This document shows positions 20,281-31,582 of a stretch of DNA of 64,000 nt, piece after piece. Position 1 is the first letter of the stretch. The number at the start of each line of letters is the position of its first letter. Source of the stretch: Polyangiales bacterium (GTDB lineage: Bacteria; Myxococcota_A; Polyangia; Polyangiales; Ga0077539); NCBI GenBank assembly GCA_044229975.1, contig JBGARZ010000002.1, positions 608,001-672,000 on the forward strand, read 5' to 3'. A program made the translations under genes and the position numbers. A model generated the notes under the pieces. It did not search any database, had not been told where the DNA came from, and saw nothing but the letters and a program-made list of their open reading frames with translations.

Positions 20281-22476
20281 GTGCTCCGCCGCTACACCCT
20301 GACGACGCTGCTCGGTTCGGCGCTGCTCTTCGCGGTGCAGCCCCTCGTCGCCCGCGCGCTCCTGCCCCTCACCGGCGGCGTCCCCGCCCTCTGGAACACC
20401 TGCGTCGTCTTCTTCCAGGTCGCCCTCCTCGCCGGCTACGGCTACGCCCACTTCGCGCCGTCGCGCCTCTCGCCGCGCGCCCACGCGGCGCTCCACGTCG
20501 CCCTCCTCGCCCTCGCGCTCGCGACGCTGCCCTTCGGCCTCTCCGCCCTCGGCCCCGCGCCCGATGGCGACCCGACGTGGTGGCTCCTGTCGGCGCTGCT
20601 CCGCCGCGTGGCGCCCGTCTTCGTCCTGCTCTCCACCGGCGCGCCACTATTGCAGCGCTGGTACGCAGGCGCCCCCGATGGCGACCTCCGACCGCTGCTC
20701 GCGGCCAGCAACGTCGGCAGCCTCGCGGCGCTGCTCGCCTACCCCCTCGTCGTCGAACCGCTGCTCCCGCTCGCCGCCCAGTCCCGCGCCTTCACCGCGG
20801 CGTACGCCGTCTACGTGGTGCTCGTCGCCGCATGCGCGTGGTCGGCGCCGCGCGGTCCGTCGGCGGAGCCCGCCGTCTTCGCTCCGACGCCCGTGCGCGT
20901 CTGGCTGCGCTTCGTCGCCCTCGCCTTCGTCCCGTCGAGCCTGATGATGGGCGTCACCACCCACCTCGCCACGGACGTCGGATCGTTTCCGCTGCTCTGG
21001 GTGGTGCCGCTCGCCATCTACCTCGCGAGCTTCGTCGTCGTGTTCGCGCGACCGCCCGCCGACGCGCCGTCACCGCGCGTCACGGCGCCGTACCTCGCGC
21101 TGCTGCTGCTGATGTTCTTGTTCACGGCCCCGCAGGTGGCCACGCGCCTGCCGCTCATCATCGGGCACCTCTGCCTCTTCACGGCGACCGCGCTCCTGCT
21201 GCACGGCGAGCTCGCCCGCACCCGCGCGCTCGCGGGCTCGGTCACCGCCTTCCAGCTCGCCATCGCCGTTGGTGGTGCGCTCGGCGGCGCCTTCAACGCG
21301 CTCGTCGCGCCGCGCCTCTTCGTGCGCGTCACCGAGTACCCGCTCGCCATGGCCCTCGCCATCCTGCTGGTCCCTGAGCCTCCGCCCCCAGCCGATCCGC
21401 GTGACCGCGAGGAAGCCTTCCTGCGCGCTATGGGCGCCGACCCGGTGGCCGTTCTCGGCGCACGACCGCCGCGTCCCGTTCGTCCGCGCTACACGGCCCG
21501 CGACCTCGTCGTTCCGCTCGCGGTGGGCGCCCTCGCGCTCCTGCTCTTCCGCGCGCCGGAGGTCACCCGCGCGGCCTCGCTCGTGCGCTACGGGTTGCCG
21601 CTGATGCTGCTGGTGCTCGCCTCCATCGGCCGTCGCGCGCGGCTCGCGGCGGGCCTCGTGGCGATCCTCCTCGCGGGTCGCTTCGACCGCGCCATGGTGC
21701 ACGCCTCGCGCACCTTCTACGGCGTGATGCGCGTCGAAGACGTCCACGGCGTCCGACGCTTTCTGCACGGCACGACCCTCCACGGCTTGCAGTACCTCTC
21801 GGCCAAGCAACGCCTCGAACCCGTTGCCTACTACGCCGGGCGCAGCCCCATCGGGCAGGTGATGGGCGCCCTCGGACCGTCGCTCGACGGTCGCACCGTC
21901 GGCGTGGTGGGCCTCGGCGTCGGGATGCTCCTCGCCCACGCGCGCCCCGCCCAGCGCTGGACCTTCTACGAGCTCGACCCCGAGGTCGACGCCATCGCGC
22001 GCCGTCACTTCACCTGGCTCCGCGACGCGCGCGCCCCGTGGAGCGTCCTCACCGGCGACGCGCGACGCACCCTCGCCCGCGACCGTCACGCGCGCCACGG
22101 GCTGCTCGTGCTCGATGCGTTCAGCTCCGACGCCATCCCGACGCACCTGCTCACCCGCGAGGCCCTCGCGCTCTACCTCGCGCGCACCGACGCCCGCGGC
22201 GTGCTCGCCTTCCACGTCACCAACCGTCACGTCGCGCTCGATGGCGTGCTCGCGGCCCTCGCGCGCGACGCCTCGCTCGTCGCCCTCCGCGGACGCGGGA
22301 CCTCCCTCGGCCCGGATGGTCCCATCACCACGACCTGGGTCCTCGTCGCCCGTCGCCGCGAAGACCTCCTCGGCCTCGACACCGACCCGCGCTGGCAACG
22401 CCTCGAAGCCCGCGCCGGCTCCGCCGCCTGGACCGACGACTTCTCCAACATCCTCGGCGTCATCCGCTGGCGCTGA
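20281..22476 (+). CDS. Fused membrane domain / spermidine-synthase-like SAM-dependent protein
   Basis: Many TM segments (LLFAVQPL, ASNVGS), then HGTTLHG, VGVVGLGVG, FYELDP, LVLDAFSSDAIPTHL, WTDDFSN. GTG start at 20281. Confidence 0.85.
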   Translation: MLRRYTLTTLLGSALLFAVQPLVARALLPLTGGVPALWNTCVVFFQVALLAGYGYAHFAPSRLSPRAHAALHVALLALALATLPFGLSALGPAPDGDPTWWLLSALLRRVAPVFVLLSTGAPLLQRWYAGAPDGDLRPLLAASNVGSLAALLAYPLVVEPLLPLAAQSRAFTAAYAVYVVLVAACAWSAPRGPSAEPAVFAPTPVRVWLRFVALAFVPSSLMMGVTTHLATDVGSFPLLWVVPLAIYLASFVVVFARPPADAPSPRVTAPYLALLLLMFLFTAPQVATRLPLIIGHLCLFTATALLLHGELARTRALAGSVTAFQLAIAVGGALGGAFNALVAPRLFVRVTEYPLAMALAILLVPEPPPPADPRDREEAFLRAMGADPVAVLGARPPRPVRPRYTARDLVVPLAVGALALLLFRAPEVTRAASLVRYGLPLMLLVLASIGRRARLAAGLVAILLAGRFDRAMVHASRTFYGVMRVEDVHGVRRFLHGTTLHGLQYLSAKQRLEPVAYYAGRSPIGQVMGALGPSLDGRTVGVVGLGVGMLLAHARPAQRWTFYELDPEVDAIARRHFTWLRDARAPWSVLTGDARRTLARDRHARHGLLVLDAFSSDAIPTHLLTREALALYLARTDARGVLAFHVTNRHVALDGVLAALARDASLVALRGRGTSLGPDGPITTTWVLVARRREDLLGLDTDPRWQRLEARAGSAAWTDDFSNILGVIRWR

Positions 22477-22614
22477 CATCAATGTCAGACAATGACCTCG
22501 CGCGGTCACCCGACCGATGTGGGCTTTCCCATCGCGGGCGCGTCAGCTACGACGGCCCTGCCGCGCGCCACCGTGATCGTTGCGGTGCCATCGTAGATCC
22601 CGAGGAAACGGTCC

Positions 22615-23778
22615 ATGCATTCGAGTGCTCGTTGGTTGGCAGCAGGTCTCCTGGTCTCCCTCTCCTTCGCCTGTAGCGCGCGCGGCGGCGGTGGTGGCTT
22701 CATCGACCCCGACGCTGCGACGGGCAGCGACGTCACCCCGTCACCGATGGACTCGGCGAGCCCGACCCCCGACACCGGGAAGACTCCCTCCGACGTGGGC
22801 TTCGCCAACGACCTCGCCACGCCGCCGACCGACAACGGCGGCCCGCCCGTCGACCTCGGGGTGCCCGCGCGGTGCGGTGATGGCCTGTGCACCAGCGGCG
22901 AGACGTGCACCTCGTGCCCGGGAGATTGCGGCGCGTGCCCGGCCCGCTGCGGCGACGGCGCCTGCCAGAGCAGCGAGAACTGCACCTCGTGTCCCGGCGA
23001 CTGCGGCGCCTGTCCGGCGAGCTGCGGCGACGGGAGCTGCGCGGGCGGCGAGACCTGCATGACGTGCACGCCCGACTGCGGGGCCTGCGCACCCCGCTGC
23101 GGCGATGGCACCTGCAACGGCTCCGACACCTGCACCAACTGCCCCGGCGACTGCGGCGCCTGCCCGCCCTCGTGCGGCAGCCTCGGCAACTGCGCGGCGT
23201 GCGCGGCCAATCCCGCGTGCGGGTGGTGCACCTTCCCGGGCCAGTGCGAGGCCGGCAATAGCTCGGGTCCGACCAACGGGAGCTCGTTCTGTCCGACCCT
23301 GGGCTCGTGGATTCGTTCGACGAGCGCGTGCTCGGCGCCCGACGCCGGCTTCGTCGACGCCGGGGCTCCCAACATCACCGCGGCCTGCGTGAGCACCAGC
23401 ACCGGGACGTCGGCCCAGTGCGGGTGGATCCTCGAACGCTCGATCACCTGTACGAGCGGCACCAGCGTGCTGGTCGGCTGCACACCTCCAGCGGGCGACG
23501 CGGGCACCGGGGTCGACCCCTGCCCCACTCCGCTCGGGTCTTCCCTGGGTGACCCGATGATCCGGGTCTGCGCGGGCTCTGGTCCCTGCTCCACGGGGCT
23601 CACGCTCGCTCCCACGGCATCCGCCGCGCCCGGGGCCAACGCCGCGGATGACGGGTGCGGGGTCGGTCCGCTCGGCCGCTTCACCTGCCCCGCGTCGGGC
23701 GTGGTGAGCGTGTACTGGCGCGCCTACGACAACGCCAACCGGGCCTCCACCCGCTGCACCCTCGGCCGCGGCAGCTGA
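22615..23778 (+). CDS. Cys-rich lipoprotein (four CGDG repeats plus PSI-like segment)
   Basis: Lipobox SFAC; 4x CGDGxCxxxETCxxCPGDCGAC; CAACAANPACGWC. Confidence 0.8.
   Translation: MHSSARWLAAGLLVSLSFACSARGGGGGFIDPDAATGSDVTPSPMDSASPTPDTGKTPSDVGFANDLATPPTDNGGPPVDLGVPARCGDGLCTSGETCTSCPGDCGACPARCGDGACQSSENCTSCPGDCGACPASCGDGSCAGGETCMTCTPDCGACAPRCGDGTCNGSDTCTNCPGDCGACPPSCGSLGNCAACAANPACGWCTFPGQCEAGNSSGPTNGSSFCPTLGSWIRSTSACSAPDAGFVDAGAPNITAACVSTSTGTSAQCGWILERSITCTSGTSVLVGCTPPAGDAGTGVDPCPTPLGSSLGDPMIRVCAGSGPCSTGLTLAPTASAAPGANAADDGCGVGPLGRFTCPASGVVSVYWRAYDNANRASTRCTLGRGS
22873..23172 (+). repeat. Intragenic 75-bp tandem repeat x4 (25-aa CGDG unit)
   Basis: TGCGG(T/C)GA(T/C)GG at 22873, 22948, 23023 and 23098. 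Confidence 0.85.
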
Positions 23779-23789
23779 GCGTCGAAACC

Positions 23790-24980
23790 TCACGCCTCCG
23801 CGGCGTGGGCGCGCCGATGGACGGACTCGCGCTCGTAGATGCGGAGCACCGCGAGGGCGAGCGCCATCAACACGGGCCCGAGCAGGAGCCCGATGATGCC
23901 GAAGGCTTCGACCCCTCCGAAGAGCGCGATGAATGTCAGCAGCGTGGGCATCGCGGTGCTTCCGCCGACCAGCCTCGGGCGGATCACGTAGTCCGACACG
24001 ACGACCACCACGAGCACCCCCCAGAGCAGCTCGGCGACGCCGCGCCCCGGGTGGTGCGTCAGAATGAGATAGAGCCCAGCGGGAACCCACACGACGAGCG
24101 TCCCGACGCCCGGGAGTAGCGACGCGACGGCCGTGAGCGCGCCCAGCAGCGCCGGCTCGGGAACGCCCGTGAGCGCGAAGCCGATGCCCGCGAGGAGGCC
24201 CTGCGCGAGGCCCGTGAGTACGGTGCCCGCGAGCACGCTGCGGCCCACGCGACGAAACTCGTCGAAGAGCGCGTGCGTGTGCCGCGGGTGCAGCGGGAGG
24301 ACGTTCTCGATGCGCTGCGTGAGCGCCGACCAGTGCACGAGCGTGAAGTGCAGCGTGATGAGCGCGAAGATCAGACCGAGGATCCAGTGAAACGCCGCGG
24401 CCGCCACGGCCGTCGCGACCGCGGTGGCGTGCGCGGCGACGGAGCCCGCGGACTCGCCGAGTCGGGCGCCGAGGTCACCGACGTGGAGGTGATAGCGGGA
24501 GGCGCTTCGCGCGACGACCTGGCTGAGCGCATCGAGCGGTCCACCGTGATCGAGCGCGCGCGGAATGGCCGCGGCCACCACGCCACCGCGATAGACGACG
24601 AGCCCGAAGAGGAGCGCCGCGGCGCCGACGACGGACACGCCCGCGAGGAGCGTGCACATGAGCGCCGACCAGTCGACGCGACCCCCGAAGCGCGCGCGCA
24701 GCCGACGGTGGAGCGGCTGCATCGTGAAGGCTCCGAGGGCTCCCACGAAGAGGCCGACGGCGACCGGGTGGGCGATCCAGAGCACGGCCGCCACGGCGAG
24801 GAAGGAGCACACCGAGAGGGCGCGGCTCTCGCGCGGGTTGTACAGCGGCGCGATCGCGCCCGGGATGGTGCGACGGTCCCCCGCGTCCTGCGGCAGAAGG
24901 TCGAACGAGGGCCGCGACTCGCGCGACACGGCGGTCAGTGACGGTCGATCGGGTGGGCCGATGCGCACGGCGGCGCTCAC
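23790..24980 (-). CDS. AI-2E family transporter
   Basis: Hydrophobic; SLLPGVGT..VWVP, DYVIRPRLVG, LFGGVEAFGIIGLLLGPV. Start uncertain. Confidence 0.85.
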   Translation of the reverse strand: MSAAVRIGPPDRPSLTAVSRESRPSFDLLPQDAGDRRTIPGAIAPLYNPRESRALSVCSFLAVAAVLWIAHPVAVGLFVGALGAFTMQPLHRRLRARFGGRVDWSALMCTLLAGVSVVGAAALLFGLVVYRGGVVAAAIPRALDHGGPLDALSQVVARSASRYHLHVGDLGARLGESAGSVAAHATAVATAVAAAAFHWILGLIFALITLHFTLVHWSALTQRIENVLPLHPRHTHALFDEFRRVGRSVLAGTVLTGLAQGLLAGIGFALTGVPEPALLGALTAVASLLPGVGTLVVWVPAGLYLILTHHPGRGVAELLWGVLVVVVVSDYVIRPRLVGGSTAMPTLLTFIALFGGVEAFGIIGLLLGPVLMALALAVLRIYERESVHRRAHAAEA

Positions 24981-25065
24981 GGCTCTGACTCGCGGTGGTC
25001 AAAGCCATGGGGCGAAGGGTGTCGAGTCGGCGTCATGAGGGTCAGGCGTCTCCGAGCACCCCCTG

Positions 25066-25081
25066 AGCAGCCGACATGCCA
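25066..25081 (-). promoter_or_regulatory. Putative sigma54 promoter upstream of AI-2E transporter
   Basis: Minus strand TGGCAT-GTCGG-CTGCT (GG-N10-GC). Confidence 0.5.
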
Positions 25082-25147
25082 CACGGGAAACGTCGTGCGA
25101 CGCGATCGCGGGGTGTGACGGATTGCCTCGACCTGTGGCGGGCGCGA

Positions 25148-25903
25148 CTAGCCCTTCTTCGCGCCCTTTCGCTTCGCCTTGCCCGGCGTGCGACGGAAGC
25201 GCTTGCGCTCCTCACGGTCGGCGCGCAGCGCGAACTTCCCCGCGGTGCAGAGCCGCGCGGCCGTGCGGTCGACGAGGGTCCAGGCGGCGTTGCGCAGCAG
25301 CGAGTGGCGCTTGTCGGCCTCGACGTCGGGCGCGCCCAGGTCGGGGAGACGGGCGGCGAGCAGGGCGACGTGGTCGAGCGCGAGCTTGGCCGCGACGAAG
25401 CGCGCGAGGACGGCGTCGTGCTCCGCCCAGAACGTCGTCAGCTTGCGCGCGTCGTCGTGCAGGTCGGCGACCCCGACGCCGAGCAGCACCTGCTCGCACC
25501 ACTCCAGCACCGTCTTGTCCCCGCGGTACGCGTGGCGGATCGCGTCGACGACGTTCTTCTGCGCGGCGCGCGCGGCGGCGTAGTCCTTGAGTTGCGTCGG
25601 CGTGAGGTTGCCGATCGCCTCCTGGCGGCGCTCGTACTCTTGCTGGAGGTCGGCGAGCCGGGCGACGGCGCGCTCGAAGTCGGCGATCTCGGCGGCGGTG
25701 ATGTCCGCCTCCGGGGTCATCGGCGTGGCGACGAGCGCGTCGCGGTGGTCGTTGGCCGCCGAGACGAGCAGGCGCGCCCAATCGAGGTACTCGCCCACGT
25801 CCGCGGAGGGTCGGCGAACCTCCTCGGCCAGCAGCGTCTCGGGCGGGACGATGGCGGTCTTCGCGGCGGTGCGGGTCGGCTTCTTCCTGGTGCGAGCAGT
25901 CAT
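25148..25903 (-). CDS. Hypothetical alpha-helical protein with basic termini
   Basis: Strong SD AAGGAGGAGG before the ATG. 251 aa, helical pattern, Lys/Arg-rich ends. Confidence 0.8.
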   Translation of the reverse strand: MTARTRKKPTRTAAKTAIVPPETLLAEEVRRPSADVGEYLDWARLLVSAANDHRDALVATPMTPEADITAAEIADFERAVARLADLQQEYERRQEAIGNLTPTQLKDYAAARAAQKNVVDAIRHAYRGDKTVLEWCEQVLLGVGVADLHDDARKLTTFWAEHDAVLARFVAAKLALDHVALLAARLPDLGAPDVEADKRHSLLRNAAWTLVDRTAARLCTAGKFALRADREERKRFRRTPGKAKRKGAKKG

Positions 25904-25979
25904 CGGAAACCTCCTCCTTGGGGTCGTGGGCGACGGTACCAGCGCACCGCCGTCACCCCCAACAATCCCGAGGCCCCCT

Positions 25980-27247
25980 CTACGAGCGCGGCGTCGGCGC
26001 AGGCAGCAGCAACCCCGTCGCCCCCGCGAGCACCCCCAGCACCGCGATCACACGGAACACCGTGCCCATCTCCGACGCGAGGTGCACGCCCGCGCGGTGC
26101 AACACCACCGGGTCGACGCCGACGCCGTGGTCGGGCCCGAGCATCCGTCGCAGCAGCGCCTCCGGGACGTCGCCCGCCACGCGCGCCGCGAGCAACGCAC
26201 CGAGCGCGCCCACCGCCGCCGCCCCACCGATGGAGCGGAAGAACATCGTGCTCGCCGTCGCCACGCCGCGCGCCGCGAAGCCCGCCCGCTCCTGCACCGA
26301 CACCAGCAGCGCCGTGTTGGCGAAGCCCATGCCCGCGCCGAAGACCAGCATCGTCGCCCGCATCGCCGACGTCCCTGCGCCGGTCGCGAGCAGTCGCCAG
26401 AGCACGACCGTCGAGAGGCCGACCGTGATGAGCCCGCCGCGCACCAGCACGCGGTAGCTCACGCGCGAGAGCAGGCGACCGGCGACGGCGCTGGCGACGG
26501 GCCACCCGATGAGCATCGGAGCGACGGCGGCGCCTGCTTCGGTGGGCGTTCCGCGCAGCACCGATTGCACGTAGAGCGGGAGGTAGGTGAGCGAGGCGAT
26601 CATCACGGCGCCCATGAGCGCGCCGGCGGCGCTCGCGACGACCATGAGCCGGTCGCGCAGGAGCGAGAACGACGCCGCGGCCTCCTTCACGCGACGCTCT
26701 CCCTCGCGGTAGTACGCGACGAGCAGCGCCGCCGACAGCAGCCCGAACGGAACGTTGATGTAGAAGACCCACCGCCACCCGAGGGCGCGGACGATGAGCC
26801 CGCCGAGCAGCGGGCCGGAGATGCCCGCGAAGCCCCACACGGCGCCGAAGAGCCCCTGGATGCGACCGCGCTCTTCGACGGTGAAGAGGTCGCCGATGAT
26901 GGTGAGCGCCACCGGCTGCAACGCCCCCGCGCCGACCCCCTGCACCGCGCGAAATACGATGAGCTGCCACATGCTCCCCGCCGCGCCGGAGAGCACCGAG
27001 CCCACGAGGAAGAACGCCAGCCCGGCGAGCATCACCGGCCTCCGCCCGCGCACGTCGGCGAGCTTGCCCCACACGGGGATCGTGAAGGTGCTCGCCAGCA
27101 TGTAGATGGCCGTGACCCACCCGTAGAGCTCGATGCCGTGGAGGTCGGCCACCACCGTCGGCATGGCCGTCGCGATGACCGTCGCCTCCATCGCCGACAT
27201 GAACATCGACAACAGCACCGCCGCCACCACCGGCGCGCGTCGCACGC

Positions 27248-27251
<4 letters not shown>
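25980..27251 (-). CDS. MFS drug:H+ antiporter (DHA2/EmrB-QacA-like)
   Basis: MEATVIATAMP, GKLADVRGRR (motif A), RAVQGVGAG, GPLLGG, WRWVFYINVP. GTG start overlaps the ABC-F stop (GTGA). Confidence 0.88.
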
Positions 27252-29212
<1,961 letters not shown>

Positions 29213-29275
29213 GGCGGCACCCTTCGCACAGTCTCCGGGCGGGCGCGACCCGATATCGAAGCCGTGGGCGGGACG

Positions 29276-29785
29276 TCAGCGAGCGGCGACGTCGGCGCCG
29301 CGAGGGCGGACGGAGACGATGGTTCCTTCGACGGTGTCGGTGCCGAGGTGGGCGGCCGCGAGCACGGTGCGGAAGGCGCCGAGCACGGTGACCTCGCGCA
29401 GGCTCAGGGTGACCGTGCGCGCCGGGACGTCGTCGGAGAACACCACGTTGAAGCCGCCCATCTCCGCGAAGAGCCGCAGCGTGTCGGCGACGGGCGCCTC
29501 GCGGAGGTTCATCGCGTGGATGCGTCGCCGGCCGCGCGCGCCCATGGCCTCGGCGAGCGGGTCGCGCTCCACCTCCGGCGGGATGCGCACCGTCCCGCGC
29601 TGCCACGAGTCGGCGAAGAGCGTTCGCGTCGGCGCGGCTTCGGTCGCAGTCGCGGGATCAGCCGCGGGTTCGATCCAGCGCGGGAGCGCGGCGATGGAGG
29701 GCTCGGCGCACGACGCCACGGGGCGCGTGGTGGCGCAGGCGGTGGACAGGACGCACGCGGCGACGAGGCATGACAGTGGGCGCAT
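29276..29785 (-). CDS. Lipoprotein with stand-alone secretin N0/STN-like domain
   Basis: Lipobox STAC. MNLREAPVADTLRLFAEMGGFNVVFSDDV..TVTLSLREV...AFRTVL resembles PilQ N0. SD GGAGG. Confidence 0.7.
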   Translation of the reverse strand: MRPLSCLVAACVLSTACATTRPVASCAEPSIAALPRWIEPAADPATATEAAPTRTLFADSWQRGTVRIPPEVERDPLAEAMGARGRRRIHAMNLREAPVADTLRLFAEMGGFNVVFSDDVPARTVTLSLREVTVLGAFRTVLAAAHLGTDTVEGTIVSVRPRGADVAAR

Positions 29786-29855
29786 CGGGTTGAACCTCCG
29801 TGGGACGTGGACGACGCCCGATGATGCCAGCGAAGGCGGTGCGTCGGACAGTGGG

Positions 29856-31466
29856 TCAGCCCGGCGGAACCGGCGCGTCGAGCACCTCGCGCACCTTGGA
29901 GAGCAGGGCGCCCGGCGTCAGCGGCTTGGACAGAAACTGCGCCCCGGCCTCGGCGAGCCCCGGCGGAACCACCGATCCATCGGTGTACCCCGACATGAAC
30001 ACCACCCGCAGCCCCGGCCGGAGCGGGACGATGCGCGCCGCGAGCTGCCGCCCACCCATCCGCGGCATCACCACGTCGGTGAGCAGCAGGTGGATCTTCG
30101 CCGGGTACTGCTCGCACACGAGGAAGGCCTCGCCGCCGTTTTGCGCTTCGAGCACGTTGTAGCCCTGGCGTCGCAGCACCGTGCGGGCGACGGCGCGCAC
30201 CTGTTCGTCGTCGTCGACCAGGAGGATCGTCTCGCTCCCGCGGGCCCCTGCAATCGCGGGCGACCGCGGCGGCGCGGGGTCGGCGGGGCGATCGGCGCAC
30301 GGCAGGTAGATGCTGATCGAGGTGCCCTGCCGCGGCTCGCTCGTGACGGTGATGTGCCCGCCGCTCTGATGCACGACGCCGAAGACCACCGCGAGGCCGA
30401 GGCCGGTGCTGCGTCCGATGGGCTTGGTCGTGAAGAAGGGCTCGAAGATGCGGGCCTTCGTCTCGGCGTCCATCCCCACGCCGGTGTCGGTCACGGTGAG
30501 CATCACGTAGGAGCCGGGCGCGACGCCGAGGTGCTCCGCCGCGTACGCCTCGTCGAGGGTGACGTTGGTGGTCTCGACCGAGAGCTTGCCCCCGTGGGGC
30601 ATGGAGTCGCGCGCGTTGAGCACGACGTTGAGCAGCACCTGTTCGAGCTGACCCTGGTCGGCGAAGACGTGTCCGACCGAGCGACCCGCGATGAGCGACA
30701 GCTCGATGCCGTCGCCCAGCACGCGGCGGAGCATGCGCTCCATCCCGAGCACCGCGTGGCTGACGTCGACGGCGCGCTGCTGCACCGACTGCCGCTGGCT
30801 GAAGGTGAGGAGCTGCCGCGTGAGCTCGGCGCCGCGCTCGCTCGCCTTGCGCACCTCCAGGAGGTCGGAGTGGATGGAGTCGCCCGGCGTGGTCGTCTCC
30901 ACCAGCAGGCTCGTGTAGCCGATGATCACCGAAAGGAGGTTGTTGAAGTCGTGCGCGATGCCGCTCGCGAGGAGCCCGATGGCCTCCATCTTCTGCGCGT
31001 GGCGCGACTGGTCTTCGAGCCTTCGCTGCGACTCCATGGCGACGCGCCGCTCGGTGACGTCGCGCAGGCTGCCCACGATGGCGCCCACCGCCGGGTCGTC
31101 GAGGAGGTTGGTGCCCGTCGCGCTCACCCAGCGCGCGAGGCCGTCCTTGTGCATCGCGCGCGCCTCGATGCGCACGGCCGCGCCAGGCCGAGCCCGCACC
31201 ATGGCCATCGCCTCGGCGACGCTCGCCCGATCGTCGGGGTGGACCCACGACATGAAGCTCTGCCCGACCATCTCCTCGGCCGTGTAGCCCAGGAGCTCGA
31301 ACACCGACGGGCTCAGGTAGAGCACCAGCCCCTCGCGCGACGTCAACGCCGTGACATCCGTCGCGCGCTCGACCACCGCGCGAAAGCGAGCGTCGTTGCG
31401 CGCCTCCATCGCGGCGAGCCGCAGACGTAGCGAGTCCACCTCGCGCTGTAGCTCCGCCTCGCCCAT
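29856..31466 (-). CDS. Hybrid sensor histidine kinase (PAS-HisKA-HATPase-REC)
   Basis: WVHPDD (PAS), GIAHDFNNLL, NARDSM, DTGVGM, FEPFFTTK, GLGL, ILLVDD, TDVVMP, KP. Alternative start at 31514. Confidence 0.92.
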   Translation of the reverse strand: MGEAELQREVDSLRLRLAAMEARNDARFRAVVERATDVTALTSREGLVLYLSPSVFELLGYTAEEMVGQSFMSWVHPDDRASVAEAMAMVRARPGAAVRIEARAMHKDGLARWVSATGTNLLDDPAVGAIVGSLRDVTERRVAMESQRRLEDQSRHAQKMEAIGLLASGIAHDFNNLLSVIIGYTSLLVETTTPGDSIHSDLLEVRKASERGAELTRQLLTFSQRQSVQQRAVDVSHAVLGMERMLRRVLGDGIELSLIAGRSVGHVFADQGQLEQVLLNVVLNARDSMPHGGKLSVETTNVTLDEAYAAEHLGVAPGSYVMLTVTDTGVGMDAETKARIFEPFFTTKPIGRSTGLGLAVVFGVVHQSGGHITVTSEPRQGTSISIYLPCADRPADPAPPRSPAIAGARGSETILLVDDDEQVRAVARTVLRRQGYNVLEAQNGGEAFLVCEQYPAKIHLLLTDVVMPRMGGRQLAARIVPLRPGLRVVFMSGYTDGSVVPPGLAEAGAQFLSKPLTPGALLSKVREVLDAPVPPG

Positions 31467-31582
31467 CGCTCCGACGCACTCTACTCCACCTCCGCCTCCG
31501 CTGGGGAGGCTCATCGCGCGGTCGGTGGTGTGGACCCGTCGCCCTACCCTCGTCGGATGCGTTCGTGAAAACATCGGTCTTC

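Noticed and set aside
17208..22476. P450 plus SAM-dependent protein as a biosynthetic gene cluster
   Set aside because: No PKS, NRPS, terpene synthase or RiPP precursor/maturase is visible, and the genes are divergent.
22873..23172. 75-bp periodic repeats of CRISPR-like size
   Set aside because: They are in-frame protein repeats; the 'spacers' are similar to each other.
29813..29829. TGGCAT upstream of the STN lipoprotein as a sigma54 site
   Set aside because: There is no GC at the -12 position (GG-N10-CG).
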